Shown here: piece by piece, positions 48,322 to 56,775 of the stretch
How the letters are laid out: every line of letters starts with the position of its first letter
Numbering within the stretch: the first letter of the stretch is position 1
Assembly (NCBI GenBank): GCA_964236955.1
Contig: CAXSGP010000017.1
Coordinates: 1-57,471 of the forward strand
Source of the DNA: an uncultured Oligoflexus sp.
GTDB lineage: Bacteria; Bdellovibrionota_B; Oligoflexia; Oligoflexales; Oligoflexaceae
Reading direction: 5' to 3'
DNA length: 57,471 nucleotides
Position numbers and translations under genes: made by a program
The notes under the pieces: model-generated
What the model saw: the letters and a program-made list of their open reading frames with translations, nothing else
Databases searched by the model: none
Told to the model about the DNA's origin: nothing

Positions 48322-50778
48322 ATGCATCCCCTTAAAAGTTCCGATGCCGTCGGATCAACTTCTATTGATCGCTTTTTTGGAAGCACTGAGACGGGAATGA
48401 CTGCCCTATCGATAGAGTGGGCAAAAACGTCCTTGGGCGACCCCAGCGCCTGGCCTGTCAGTCTAAAGGTTACCGTTGGAATATTGCTGCGCAACAGGCA
48501 TCCCATGCTGCTTTTTTGGGGAGACGATAACATCTGCTTCTATAACGATGCTTTCATGGTGAGCCTCGGCAAAGAAGAGCATCCGTTAATTATGGGTAAG
48601 CGTGGCGTAGAGGCGTTGCCTGAAATGTGGGATACCATCGGACCGCAGGTTCAAAGTGTAAAGATTGGGGGTGATGGTACCTGGCACGCGGACCACCGCA
48701 TCCCGCTTCGGCGCCATGGGGGCTTCGTCGAGGCCTACTGGACCTATAGCTGCTCGCCGGCCCTTGATGAGCTTTCTGAGGTCGCGGGGGTGCTGCTCAC
48801 CATTACCGAAACCACTTTAGTAGTGGAATACAAAAAACAGCTGCAAAAAAGCGAAGAACGCTTAAAGTCAGCCACACTAGCGACGGGCATCGGCGTATGG
48901 GAGCATGATTTGCACACCGGTAAAATCTGGGCGACCCTAACGCATGATAGGCACTATGGCTATCAGAAGCAGGTTGGTGACTGGTGTCATGAAAAGCTTT
49001 TTAAACACATTCACCCGGACGACCGAACTGATGTGCAGCACGAAATGAGTCAGGCCTTTCAAGACTCACGAAATTTCAAACTTCATTTTCGCGTATTCTG
49101 GGAAGATGGGAGCGAGCATTGGTTGGCAGTGAGCGGACGCAGCATTTCAGACGCGTCTGGGACACCAATAAAAATAATTGGCACAACCCGGGAAATAACG
49201 GATGAAGTCCATAGCCGGCAACGCTTGGAGCAAGCTAAGGAAGACATTGAGAAGGCCCGAGTCGAACTTAACAGTGTGTTAGATGCAGCCCCCTTCCTTA
49301 TCCTGCGTATTGACTCAAAGGAACGTTATATCTTCCAGAATAAAACCACCCTGGAGCATTTTGGAGAAGACGCTCCCCGGCTCGGGATGACTGTCTTAGA
49401 GTTTATTGGTGAAAAGGATTATCGAGAAATTGAGTCCTATATAAAATCGGCGCTGCAAGGCGAAAAGGTTACTTACGAGTGGTCATCTAACTTGGGCATG
49501 AAGGGCCTTCGTACTTACCTTGTGACCTATACTCCTGAACGGGGGCGAGATGGTTCCATCTTGGGTATGGTCGCGGGGCTTGTGGAAATTACCGATATGA
49601 AGGCTGTCCAAGATCAATTTGAAAGAGCTAAAGAGATGGCCGAGGAGGCTACTCGTGAGAAAAGCAATTTTCTGGCGAATATGTCTCACGAAATTCGAAC
49701 GCCTTTATGTGCAATCCTGGGCTTCAGTAATTTACTGAAGACGGAGACGAAATCGGAATCAAAAGAAAAGTATGCGGATATCATTTCCCGAAACGGAAAG
49801 CTCCTTACAACTCTTATTGATGACATTATAGACCTCTCAAAAGTCGAATCGGGTCGCTTTGAGTTAGAGCATATTGACTTTTGTCTTGATGAATTGATTG
49901 AGGAAACCAGGGAGCTATTTCAGGACAGATTTAGGCAAAAGAACATAGGTTTTATTATATCGCTAGACCCAAATATACCGAAGCTCATTCGCTCCGATCC
50001 CACGCGCATTAAGCAAATCCTGATCAATCTTATCGGCAATGCGATTAAGTTTACGCCCGATGGGACCGTTACGCTCGAACTCAGTTCGCAGGCTGAAGGC
50101 GATGCGGGTCTTCACATTATCTTTACTGTAAGGGATACCGGCATTGGCATGACCGAAGCGCAAGCTCTCCGTGTTTTTGAACCCTTTACCCAGGCCGACA
50201 GCAGTATGACTCGTCACTTTGGAGGCTCGGGCTTGGGACTGGGCCTTTCCAGGCGGCTGGCCATGGTTCTAGGCGGTGATGTCAGGATTGAGCGAAGTAT
50301 TCCCAAGGTTGGAAGCACATTTGTTATTACGGTCAAGGCAGAGATCCCAGGCTCGGATATCATTCAGGCTCATCGCCGTAAAGGTCATGCTATCGCGGAC
50401 AGCTTACCTATTCCAGGCTTAAAAATACTGCTAGTTGAAGATGCTCCCGACAACCAGTTTCTAATCAAAGAATTGCTAACGCAACTGCATATGACAGTGG
50501 ATATTGCCAATAATGGGGCTGAGGGCATTGAAAGAGCCAAAAAAACTGATTATGACATTGTTTTAATGGATATGCAGATGCCTGTTTTGGATGGCTATTC
50601 TGCAACCAGGATGCTTCGGGAGGATGATTTTAAAACACCCATTTTTGCGTTGACCGCATCGGTCATGGAGGAGGAAAGATCATTGGCTTTGGAGGCTGGT
50701 TGCGATGCATACCTTACAAAGCCTTTGGATATAGCCCTGTTGCTTTCGAAGATAAAGGAATGGGTTCAAAAGAAATAG
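48322..50778 (+). CDS. Cytoplasmic hybrid histidine kinase (3 PAS/PAC, HisKA, HATPase, REC)
   Basis: W-x-KTSLG...WP-x-SL PAS-like N-terminus; IGVWEHD; FLANMSHEIRTPL; NLIGNAIKFT; DTGIGM; GGSGLGL; receiver LLVED...LMDMQMPVLDG...KP. Confidence 0.95.
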   Translation: MHPLKSSDAVGSTSIDRFFGSTETGMTALSIEWAKTSLGDPSAWPVSLKVTVGILLRNRHPMLLFWGDDNICFYNDAFMVSLGKEEHPLIMGKRGVEALPEMWDTIGPQVQSVKIGGDGTWHADHRIPLRRHGGFVEAYWTYSCSPALDELSEVAGVLLTITETTLVVEYKKQLQKSEERLKSATLATGIGVWEHDLHTGKIWATLTHDRHYGYQKQVGDWCHEKLFKHIHPDDRTDVQHEMSQAFQDSRNFKLHFRVFWEDGSEHWLAVSGRSISDASGTPIKIIGTTREITDEVHSRQRLEQAKEDIEKARVELNSVLDAAPFLILRIDSKERYIFQNKTTLEHFGEDAPRLGMTVLEFIGEKDYREIESYIKSALQGEKVTYEWSSNLGMKGLRTYLVTYTPERGRDGSILGMVAGLVEITDMKAVQDQFERAKEMAEEATREKSNFLANMSHEIRTPLCAILGFSNLLKTETKSESKEKYADIISRNGKLLTTLIDDIIDLSKVESGRFELEHIDFCLDELIEETRELFQDRFRQKNIGFIISLDPNIPKLIRSDPTRIKQILINLIGNAIKFTPDGTVTLELSSQAEGDAGLHIIFTVRDTGIGMTEAQALRVFEPFTQADSSMTRHFGGSGLGLGLSRRLAMVLGGDVRIERSIPKVGSTFVITVKAEIPGSDIIQAHRRKGHAIADSLPIPGLKILLVEDAPDNQFLIKELLTQLHMTVDIANNGAEGIERAKKTDYDIVLMDMQMPVLDGYSATRMLREDDFKTPIFALTASVMEEERSLALEAGCDAYLTKPLDIALLLSKIKEWVQKK

Positions 50779-50949
50779 GCCCAGATTTATCCTTAAAAGT
50801 CAGTCTCGGTTATTCGCAATCTGCGGGCACCTGACATGCTTTTTATGAGCGTCCTACACCTTCACTCAGACGATGGCTTGCAGCCAGGCGATGATAGGCA
50901 AAGCAAAATCTCCGGGTCGTGCAAAACTAATCGGCACTTTGCTCCCGAT

Positions 50950-50966
50950 GTTCATAGGAAATTCAT
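50950..50966 (+). promoter_or_regulatory. Direct-repeat box GTTCATA-N4-ATTCAT (OmpR-family-type site), copy 1
   Basis: GTTCATAGGAAATTCAT with 11-bp periodicity; the same box occurs at 55663. Confidence 0.5.
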
Positions 50967-51039
50967 CTCTATATGCCAATAATAAAGGGGTTAACTTTTG
51001 GATTTTCTTCTCAATCCTTCTAAGGTAGTGCCAGTGAAT

Positions 51040-51429
51040 ATGATACGAATGGGTTTACTGACTCTTGCTATCTTACTTTCATCGTTCCCAGTCGTTTTCA
51101 TCAGCCATGACAAGGCTTATGGGGCCGAACATAAAGGCGGCCCATTAGGCGACTTATCAAAAGACATGGCAATTGTGAAGGATACTTTGAAGCTTGCGAA
51201 AAGCGAAAGCCTCACCAGCGCCAAAGCCCGTATTAAAGACCTTGAGACTGTTTGGGATGAAGCCGAAGACAAACAACGTCCTTTAAGTCCAGCCGACTGG
51301 GAGGATGCTGACAAAGCAATCGATCATGCTTTAGCCAAACTCCGCGAGGCTAAGCCGGATAGATCCGCAAGTGTGAGCGCTCTCGAGACTTTGCTCAGCG
51401 TTCTAGAGAAGCTCAACAAACCAAAATAG
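51040..51429 (+). CDS. Secreted/periplasmic helical-bundle protein of unknown function
   Basis: Signal peptide; LGDLS...AKARIKDLETVWDEAE...DW-x2-ADKAIDHALAKLR. I recall this family lying beside or fused to COG4705 genes. Confidence 0.75.
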   Translation: MIRMGLLTLAILLSSFPVVFISHDKAYGAEHKGGPLGDLSKDMAIVKDTLKLAKSESLTSAKARIKDLETVWDEAEDKQRPLSPADWEDADKAIDHALAKLREAKPDRSASVSALETLLSVLEKLNKPK

Positions 51430-51583
51430 TGGCTGCTCCTCTAGGAACGGCGTCCTCCTTCGTCCTGAGGTTTTTTTTCTTGCTATTTTGCTGGAAAATA
51501 AGCCCGAGGCCATAACAAGAGAATGGCAAGGGAAGCCCTGACTTCCATCATGTCTAGTCAAGTTGTTTGCGGAGCGCACCAGC

Positions 51584-51715
51584 ATGAAAAAGCCAAGCCA
51601 ACTCACTCGGTTTCTACTCTTGGCCGGGGCTCTGATTGCTTTGATGGCCTATACGCCCTCGCCGGCTATTTTTGACACAAACACCATTATTGCCACGAGG
51701 CAGTTTCGCTTCTAA
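51584..51715 (+). CDS. Candidate 43-aa small membrane or exported peptide (not in ORF track)
   Basis: GGAG 9 nt upstream; MKKPSQLTRFLLLAGALIALMAYTPSPAIFDTNTIIATRQFRF, with a basic N-terminus and hydrophobic helix. Confidence 0.4.
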   Translation: MKKPSQLTRFLLLAGALIALMAYTPSPAIFDTNTIIATRQFRF

Positions 51716-51842
51716 GGAATTTTGACTATAATGGTTCTAGTATTCCGTCGATGACAGACTTCCGCAGGAATTAAATTCTCGGAAAGAAGAGGCAGAGCCG
51801 GAATATGGAAGGTAATCGTCATTAATAATGAGGAAATGACCC

Positions 51843-52094
51843 ATGAAGAACTCATCGATGTTGAAAGTGTTGCTTGCAAGTGGTTTCTTTACCCTGGCCC
51901 TTCCCGTCAGCGCCTTTGCAGGATCGCCCGACTGGGGCGTCTGTAAAAAAGAAATGGAAAAATGCAAAATCGATCCTAAAGCAAAAGACAAAAACGAAGC
52001 GATTTGGGCTTGTCTAGAAGAACAAGGCGAGACTTTGTCTAAGCCATGTGAAGCGCTTCACGCTTCACTCGACAAAAAATACAACAAAAAATAG
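51843..52094 (+). CDS. Small secreted 4-Cys helical protein (GLG1 Cys-rich repeat-like)
   Basis: RBS GAGG; signal peptide ending AFA; C-x6-C...I-x2-CL-x6-LS-x2-C pattern. Confidence 0.75.
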   Translation: MKNSSMLKVLLASGFFTLALPVSAFAGSPDWGVCKKEMEKCKIDPKAKDKNEAIWACLEEQGETLSKPCEALHASLDKKYNKK

Positions 52095-52493
52095 TGGCCT
52101 GATGATTTACGCCCTTTGCTGTTTTGGGCAGTCAAAGGGCTTCCTTTTGGACTTGTGGACCCTTGCCATTCACGAAGCATTACCGGAAGGCATAGGGTGC
52201 GAACCGATAGGGGTCAAAGCTAAGCCCTTGGTTTTTGATTTTGTCGTCCCGTCTAAGAGTTGCGAAAGAGCTTAATCCCCATTCCAATATCGCCACGTCT
52301 GACGAGGCTTATCTCAAAACTCTCGACACCCTTAAGCCTGATATCAAAGACGGAAAATTTTTTACAGGGGACGTTGGATCCAAGTCTGGACTCAGGACCC
52401 TTCCTATTCGATCGATCTGGTCTGTGACATTCTGCATCCGGACGTGGCAATGAGCACGCTTGCAGGTTCGAGACAAGGAACCGGAGATTTACC

Positions 52494-53288
52494 GTGACAC
52501 TCTCTGAAATATCGATCCGACGTCCTGTATTCGCCTGGATGCTTATGACCGGGTTGATCGTACTGGGCGGAATAGCGTTTATGAGGCTGGGAATCAGCCA
52601 GTTACCCGACGTTGATTCCCCTGTGGTTTCCGTTAACATTCGATTGGAGGGCGCTGCACCCGATGTTATGGAGTCGGAGGTTGTCGATATTGTAGAGGGT
52701 TCTTTAATGAGCCTGCAGGGTATCAAGAACATCACGTCAGAAACTGAGAATAGCGAAGGAACTGTCACAGTGGAATTCGATATTGGCCGCAATATCGATT
52801 TAGCAGTGCAGGATGTTCAGACCAAAGTCGCCCAAATCCAGCAGAGATTGCCCAAAGGGATTTCACAGCCCACGATATCGAAAACCAACCCGGAGGACCA
52901 AGCTATCGTCCTTCTGACCCTCGACAGTCCCACCCTCGATCGCAGGCAGCTGATGAGCTATGGGAACGATCATCTGAAAAACCAGTTTTCCACACTATCG
53001 GGCGTCGGCGACATCACGCTCAACGGATACGTCGACCCCAATCTGCGGATTTGGATCAGACCAGAGCAGATGGATAAATTCGAATTGACTGTTTCCGATG
53101 TGTTGAATGCGATCAAGAGTGAGCATATTGAATCTCCGGCTGGACAAGTCGACCTAAAGGACCAGCAACTTTTTGTCCGGACTATGGGGGAGGCCCTCGG
53201 CGGTGTTTTAGTATCAACCCTATTGACTATTTTTGTCATTCCATGCGTCTATAGTGTTTTTGCAACATTCGATCGGCGTAGAATTTAA
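52494..53288 (+). pseudogene. RND (AcrB/MdtB-like) efflux permease with large in-frame internal deletion
   Basis: Typical RND N-terminus (LSEISIRRPVFAWML...LPDVDSPVV...GA-x-P-x-VMESEV...RIWIRP) to VRTMGEA, joined directly to the last TM helix GGVLVSTLLTIFVIPCVY; 264 aa versus about 1030 aa for intact RNDs. Confidence 0.85.
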
Positions 53289-53295
53289 CCGAATC

Positions 53296-54282
53296 TTAAG
53301 GAGTCCATTGCAGTCCTGTTAAAGCAAAAATATGCTGCTTCCCATCTGAGGAGACCAGGCTGGCGCCGAGGGAAACATAGGGTGAAAGAGTGGCAGTAAT
53401 TGGGCCCTTAAGTCCTACATTGGCGACCAGAATCTGCTCTGGTTTTTCTTCCTCGAACCCTTCTAACGCCTGATCAAGCGCCAATTCGGTCATGATTGCA
53501 ATCTTCCGCGTAAATGGAAATCCAACACCTGCCGCCAGTGAAACAGAATTTTTGGCGACTTTTGGATTGGCGATGTTGTAGGTTGCGTTCACCGCCATGA
53601 TGATGTCACCCCGTTTCGTTTGACCTACTTTTTTGGTCATCAAAATCGGCAGGTTGATTTCGTAGCCGGATTCCTCCTTAGCCCGGGCAATCTCGATTTG
53701 AGGGTAAAAAGCAACCTCAAGCTCGGTCGCCTCGTTTTGATAGAACAAATATTTGATGCCCATCTTTGGATCGCCCAATGCCGTCGTTGATGCTTCGTCA
53801 GTCTTATCGATCAATTCCGGAATTTCAAATTTAAGCTGCAGATTGTCGCCAATACCATAGTTGATATCAAGCAGCGGTGATTCCAAATGTTTTTCACCGG
53901 GCGATATATCGATATCGAAGGTGAAGTTGATCTCCCAATTATTACAGCCGGGTGTGCCAGGGTCATCGATGATCAATGGAGGAGATTGGGGACTTGTATC
54001 CGGTCCGGTTTCCTTCTCCTCCTTGCAATTGAATTCGACAGTCTTAAAATTACTTTTACTTTCCGAGGCATCTTGTTCGGAGGCACTTTGTTTTGGAGCG
54101 ACCTTATTGGGTGGCATTGGGGGCTTTTTACGCGGCTTTTGAACCTTAATATTTTTCTTTGCAGGCTGATTGGAACGAATGGGAGTATCGGCGAAGCCTG
54201 GCGAAGCCTGGCTCACCATCCCCAAAGCTATCAGTAGAATGGTCAGCATACTCTTAAAAAGTCGTTTTAATTTAAGCCGCAC
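53296..54282 (-). CDS. Putative outer-membrane beta-barrel (PP-L-x2-DDPGT family; MetA-phenol-degradation/transporter-like), paralogue 2
   Basis: Signal peptide; PQSPPLIIDDPGTPGCNNWEIN, PLLDINYGIGDNLQLKFEIP, LGDPKMGIKY, A-x-YPQI; amphipathic strands ending GLQWTP. Confidence 0.7.
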   Translation of the reverse strand: MRLKLKRLFKSMLTILLIALGMVSQASPGFADTPIRSNQPAKKNIKVQKPRKKPPMPPNKVAPKQSASEQDASESKSNFKTVEFNCKEEKETGPDTSPQSPPLIIDDPGTPGCNNWEINFTFDIDISPGEKHLESPLLDINYGIGDNLQLKFEIPELIDKTDEASTTALGDPKMGIKYLFYQNEATELEVAFYPQIEIARAKEESGYEINLPILMTKKVGQTKRGDIIMAVNATYNIANPKVAKNSVSLAAGVGFPFTRKIAIMTELALDQALEGFEEEKPEQILVANVGLKGPITATLSPYVSLGASLVSSDGKQHIFALTGLQWTP

Positions 54283-54336
54283 TTAGACTCTCCCTCTCAA
54301 ATCGTCAAAGGCTAACGATAAAAAAAGTTAAACATT

Positions 54337-55188
54337 TCAATTTGATGATAAACGAATACCAAGCAGTGGATAAAAATGTTGGAGATGATCCGAAGCCTTT
54401 AGACTTCGACCCAACGATGCAAAGACTGAGAGTGTATCCGTCACTTCAGTTAGCGCTCCTACTGTCATGGACAGCAGTTCTTCCCGATTGCCCTCAGTAG
54501 AAATCTTATTTGCTCTTTCCGTTGCAATTTCGGCCATGACAGCCATCGACTTGGAAACAGGTAAACCGATTGCCGCCGAAAGCGAGGTGGAATCCTCAAC
54601 ATCTTTCTTATTGGATCGACTCAAGGCCATATTAATTCCAAGTTTAATATCACCGTAAGTTGATTTTCCAACCGTCATCCCGATGATTAAAGGGAGGGAG
54701 ACGATACTGCCTGAGGATTCCAGGCCTTTATCCTCGGCCTTTGAACCTATCGACGCAAACTGAATCTGAGGATAGATGGCCAATTCAAGATCAGCGGTCT
54801 TTTGGCTATAGAAATGATATTTAATGCCTGTTTTACTGTTACCAAGTGCGGATTGCGACTTTTCATTGGCTTTTGCGACGAGCCAGGGGATTTCAAGTTT
54901 TACCTGCAGATTGTCACCGATTCCGTAATTGATATCAAGCAGCGGAGCTTCCCAGGATTTTTCTTCGTGACTTATATCGCCATCAACTAATACATTGGTT
55001 TCCCAGGTATTGCACCCTGCAGTACCGGGATCATCAACCCCTAAAGGCGGCGACTGCGGCGCTCCGTCCATCCCTGCCTCAGCTTCAGCTTTGCATTCGC
55101 TGGAGAAAAAATTGAACCCTTCTTTTCCGTAGGCTGCGACGGAGAATCCAAAAGACAAAAGTAATGCTAAAAAAATCTGCCTGCGCAT
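54337..55188 (-). CDS. Putative outer-membrane beta-barrel, paralogue 1
   Basis: Signal peptide from ATG 55188; PQSPPLGVDDPGTAGCNTWETN, PLLDINYGIGDNLQVKLEIP, LGNSKTGIKY, AIYPQI. Confidence 0.7.
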   Translation of the reverse strand: MRRQIFLALLLSFGFSVAAYGKEGFNFFSSECKAEAEAGMDGAPQSPPLGVDDPGTAGCNTWETNVLVDGDISHEEKSWEAPLLDINYGIGDNLQVKLEIPWLVAKANEKSQSALGNSKTGIKYHFYSQKTADLELAIYPQIQFASIGSKAEDKGLESSGSIVSLPLIIGMTVGKSTYGDIKLGINMALSRSNKKDVEDSTSLSAAIGLPVSKSMAVMAEIATERANKISTEGNREELLSMTVGALTEVTDTLSVFASLGRSLKASDHLQHFYPLLGIRLSSN

Positions 55189-55662
55189 ATCGGCTCCATT
55201 AGAAAATTTGAAGGCATGCAAACCGGGTCGAAGTGAGTTGGTGCTTCATTGTCAGTACCGCGCTTATGGATGCGAACGCAAGGTTTACAACATATGCTTA
55301 TCAGCAGCAACTACAAAGCTCGGGTGACTGTGGCCCTGCTATTGAATCACGCTACACAGTTAGGGCGATTTCGTTCCGTTCTTGGGATTCTTCTCATGCT
55401 TTTTTAAGGTTTATAATCGGCAGCGGCGGCCTTGATTGCAGGGGCCGTGCCGGGCCCATCAAGGTGATTTCATCACAGGACTGCAAGCGCTGCCTAAACC
55501 AGCTCGGCAATGCAGCTTACAAGGCGACAGTGAAAGCTTGGCAAATGGTTAGCTAACGAGGGCCTTGCGAAGCTGACCGAACGTGCTATTCTTTTGGAGA
55601 GTCTCCTGCCAGAGCTTGGTTTGGAGCCATTCGGCACTGCCTCATTTAAATATAGGTATAGG

Positions 55663-55702
55663 GTTCATAACACATTCATTATCGAGTTCATTTTGAGTTA
55701 AT
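55663..55702 (+). promoter_or_regulatory. Direct-repeat array (GTTCAT/ATTCAT/GTTCAT/GTTAAT), OmpR-family-type site, copy 2
   Basis: Hexamers at 55663, 55674, 55686 and 55697 (spacing 11, 12, 11); the first pair, GTTCATAACACATTCAT, matches the 50950 box. Confidence 0.5.
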
Positions 55703-55763
55703 TTTCCTATGAGACAATAGGAAATAGTTTTAAACTTCTTCCAATTTACATTGAGGAAATTAA

Positions 55764-56534
55764 ATGAGTTCAACCAGCAGCGTTGCAGTTGAAAAAGACG
55801 ACTTCGTAAATAAACTGCCTCATATAACAGCAGCTTTTTGGTTTATGAAAATTACCGCAACAACTCTTGGTGAGACGGGCGGTGATTGGCTCTCGATGAC
55901 TATGGGCGTGGGTTACCTCGTCAGTACCCTGATCTTTTTTGGGCTCTTTCTGGCTACCCTGGGAGCCCAGCTTATTACCAAGAAGCACCATCCTTTACTC
56001 TATTGGTCGGTTATCATCGCGACGAGCACGGCTGGCACCACAATGTCAGATTACATGGATAGGACCTTGGAATTGGGTTACACCAAGGGAGCCGCTATCC
56101 TTGTAACAATTCTTTTATGTTTGCTGGCCGCGTGGAAATTTTCAGTTGGCAATATTCGGGTTGATGACGTCCGGAGCCGCAAGGCCGAACTCTTTTATTG
56201 GATCACCATTCTTTTTTCCAATACTCTCGGTACCGCCGCCGGCGATTTTCTAGCCGATGATTCGGGTCTCGGCTTTTTCGGAGGCTGGTTATTGGTGACA
56301 GCTCTGCTAGGCGTAGTCCTTGTTCTCTCCTACACGACGAAGATATCTAAGGTCCTACTATTTTGGGTGGCCTTCGTGCTGACTCGTCCCTTTGGAGCTA
56401 CATTTGGCGATGTCCTAACCAAAACCCACGAAAAGGGCGGTCTCGATTTAGGAACGGCCTACTCGTCGGCTATCCTTCTGCTGATTTTAATCGTCGCTAT
56501 TTTCGTTTCCTACCGAAAGAAGCCAGCCCTGTAG
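55764..56534 (+). CDS. COG4705 / DUF347-repeat integral membrane protein
   Basis: KLPHIT-x2-FW-x2-KI-x-ATTLGETGGD, YW...STAGTTMSD, FYW...SNTLGTAAGD, FW-x-AFVLTRPFGATFGD, GGLDLG; about 8 TM helices; RBS GAGG. Confidence 0.92.
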   Translation: MSSTSSVAVEKDDFVNKLPHITAAFWFMKITATTLGETGGDWLSMTMGVGYLVSTLIFFGLFLATLGAQLITKKHHPLLYWSVIIATSTAGTTMSDYMDRTLELGYTKGAAILVTILLCLLAAWKFSVGNIRVDDVRSRKAELFYWITILFSNTLGTAAGDFLADDSGLGFFGGWLLVTALLGVVLVLSYTTKISKVLLFWVAFVLTRPFGATFGDVLTKTHEKGGLDLGTAYSSAILLLILIVAIFVSYRKKPAL

Positions 56535-56706
56535 AATACCAGGCATTGGTCCATTGCTCCTGGCTTTGGAGAGGTGTCGCTTATCGAGGGCTCCGGGCTA
56601 AGGGGTATCGACAGGCGGCACAAATGGGGTGAGTCAGGTTGGGATTTATGGAAGAAACAGTTTTTAGAAATGGCCGCATGTGTAGCCAATACGATAGCAG
56701 CGATTG

Positions 56707-56737
56707 AAAAAGGGGGATGGGCATTGCCTATCCCCCT
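56707..56737 (-). terminator. Rho-independent terminator
   Basis: Minus strand AGGGGGATAGGC-AAT-GCCCATCCCCCTTTTT. Confidence 0.75.
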
Positions 56738-56775
56738 GGTGCTCTGAATTTTAATGCCTTAGAAATAAATTGATT

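Noticed and set aside
47938..48327. Overlapping 129-aa and 107-aa ORFs between the lipoprotein and hybrid kinase genes
   Set aside because: No RBS, signal or motif; likely spurious.
52095..52493. Remnant TolC or MFP gene upstream of the truncated RND
   Set aside because: The short frames here show no motif I can tie to either family; a BLASTX search would be needed.
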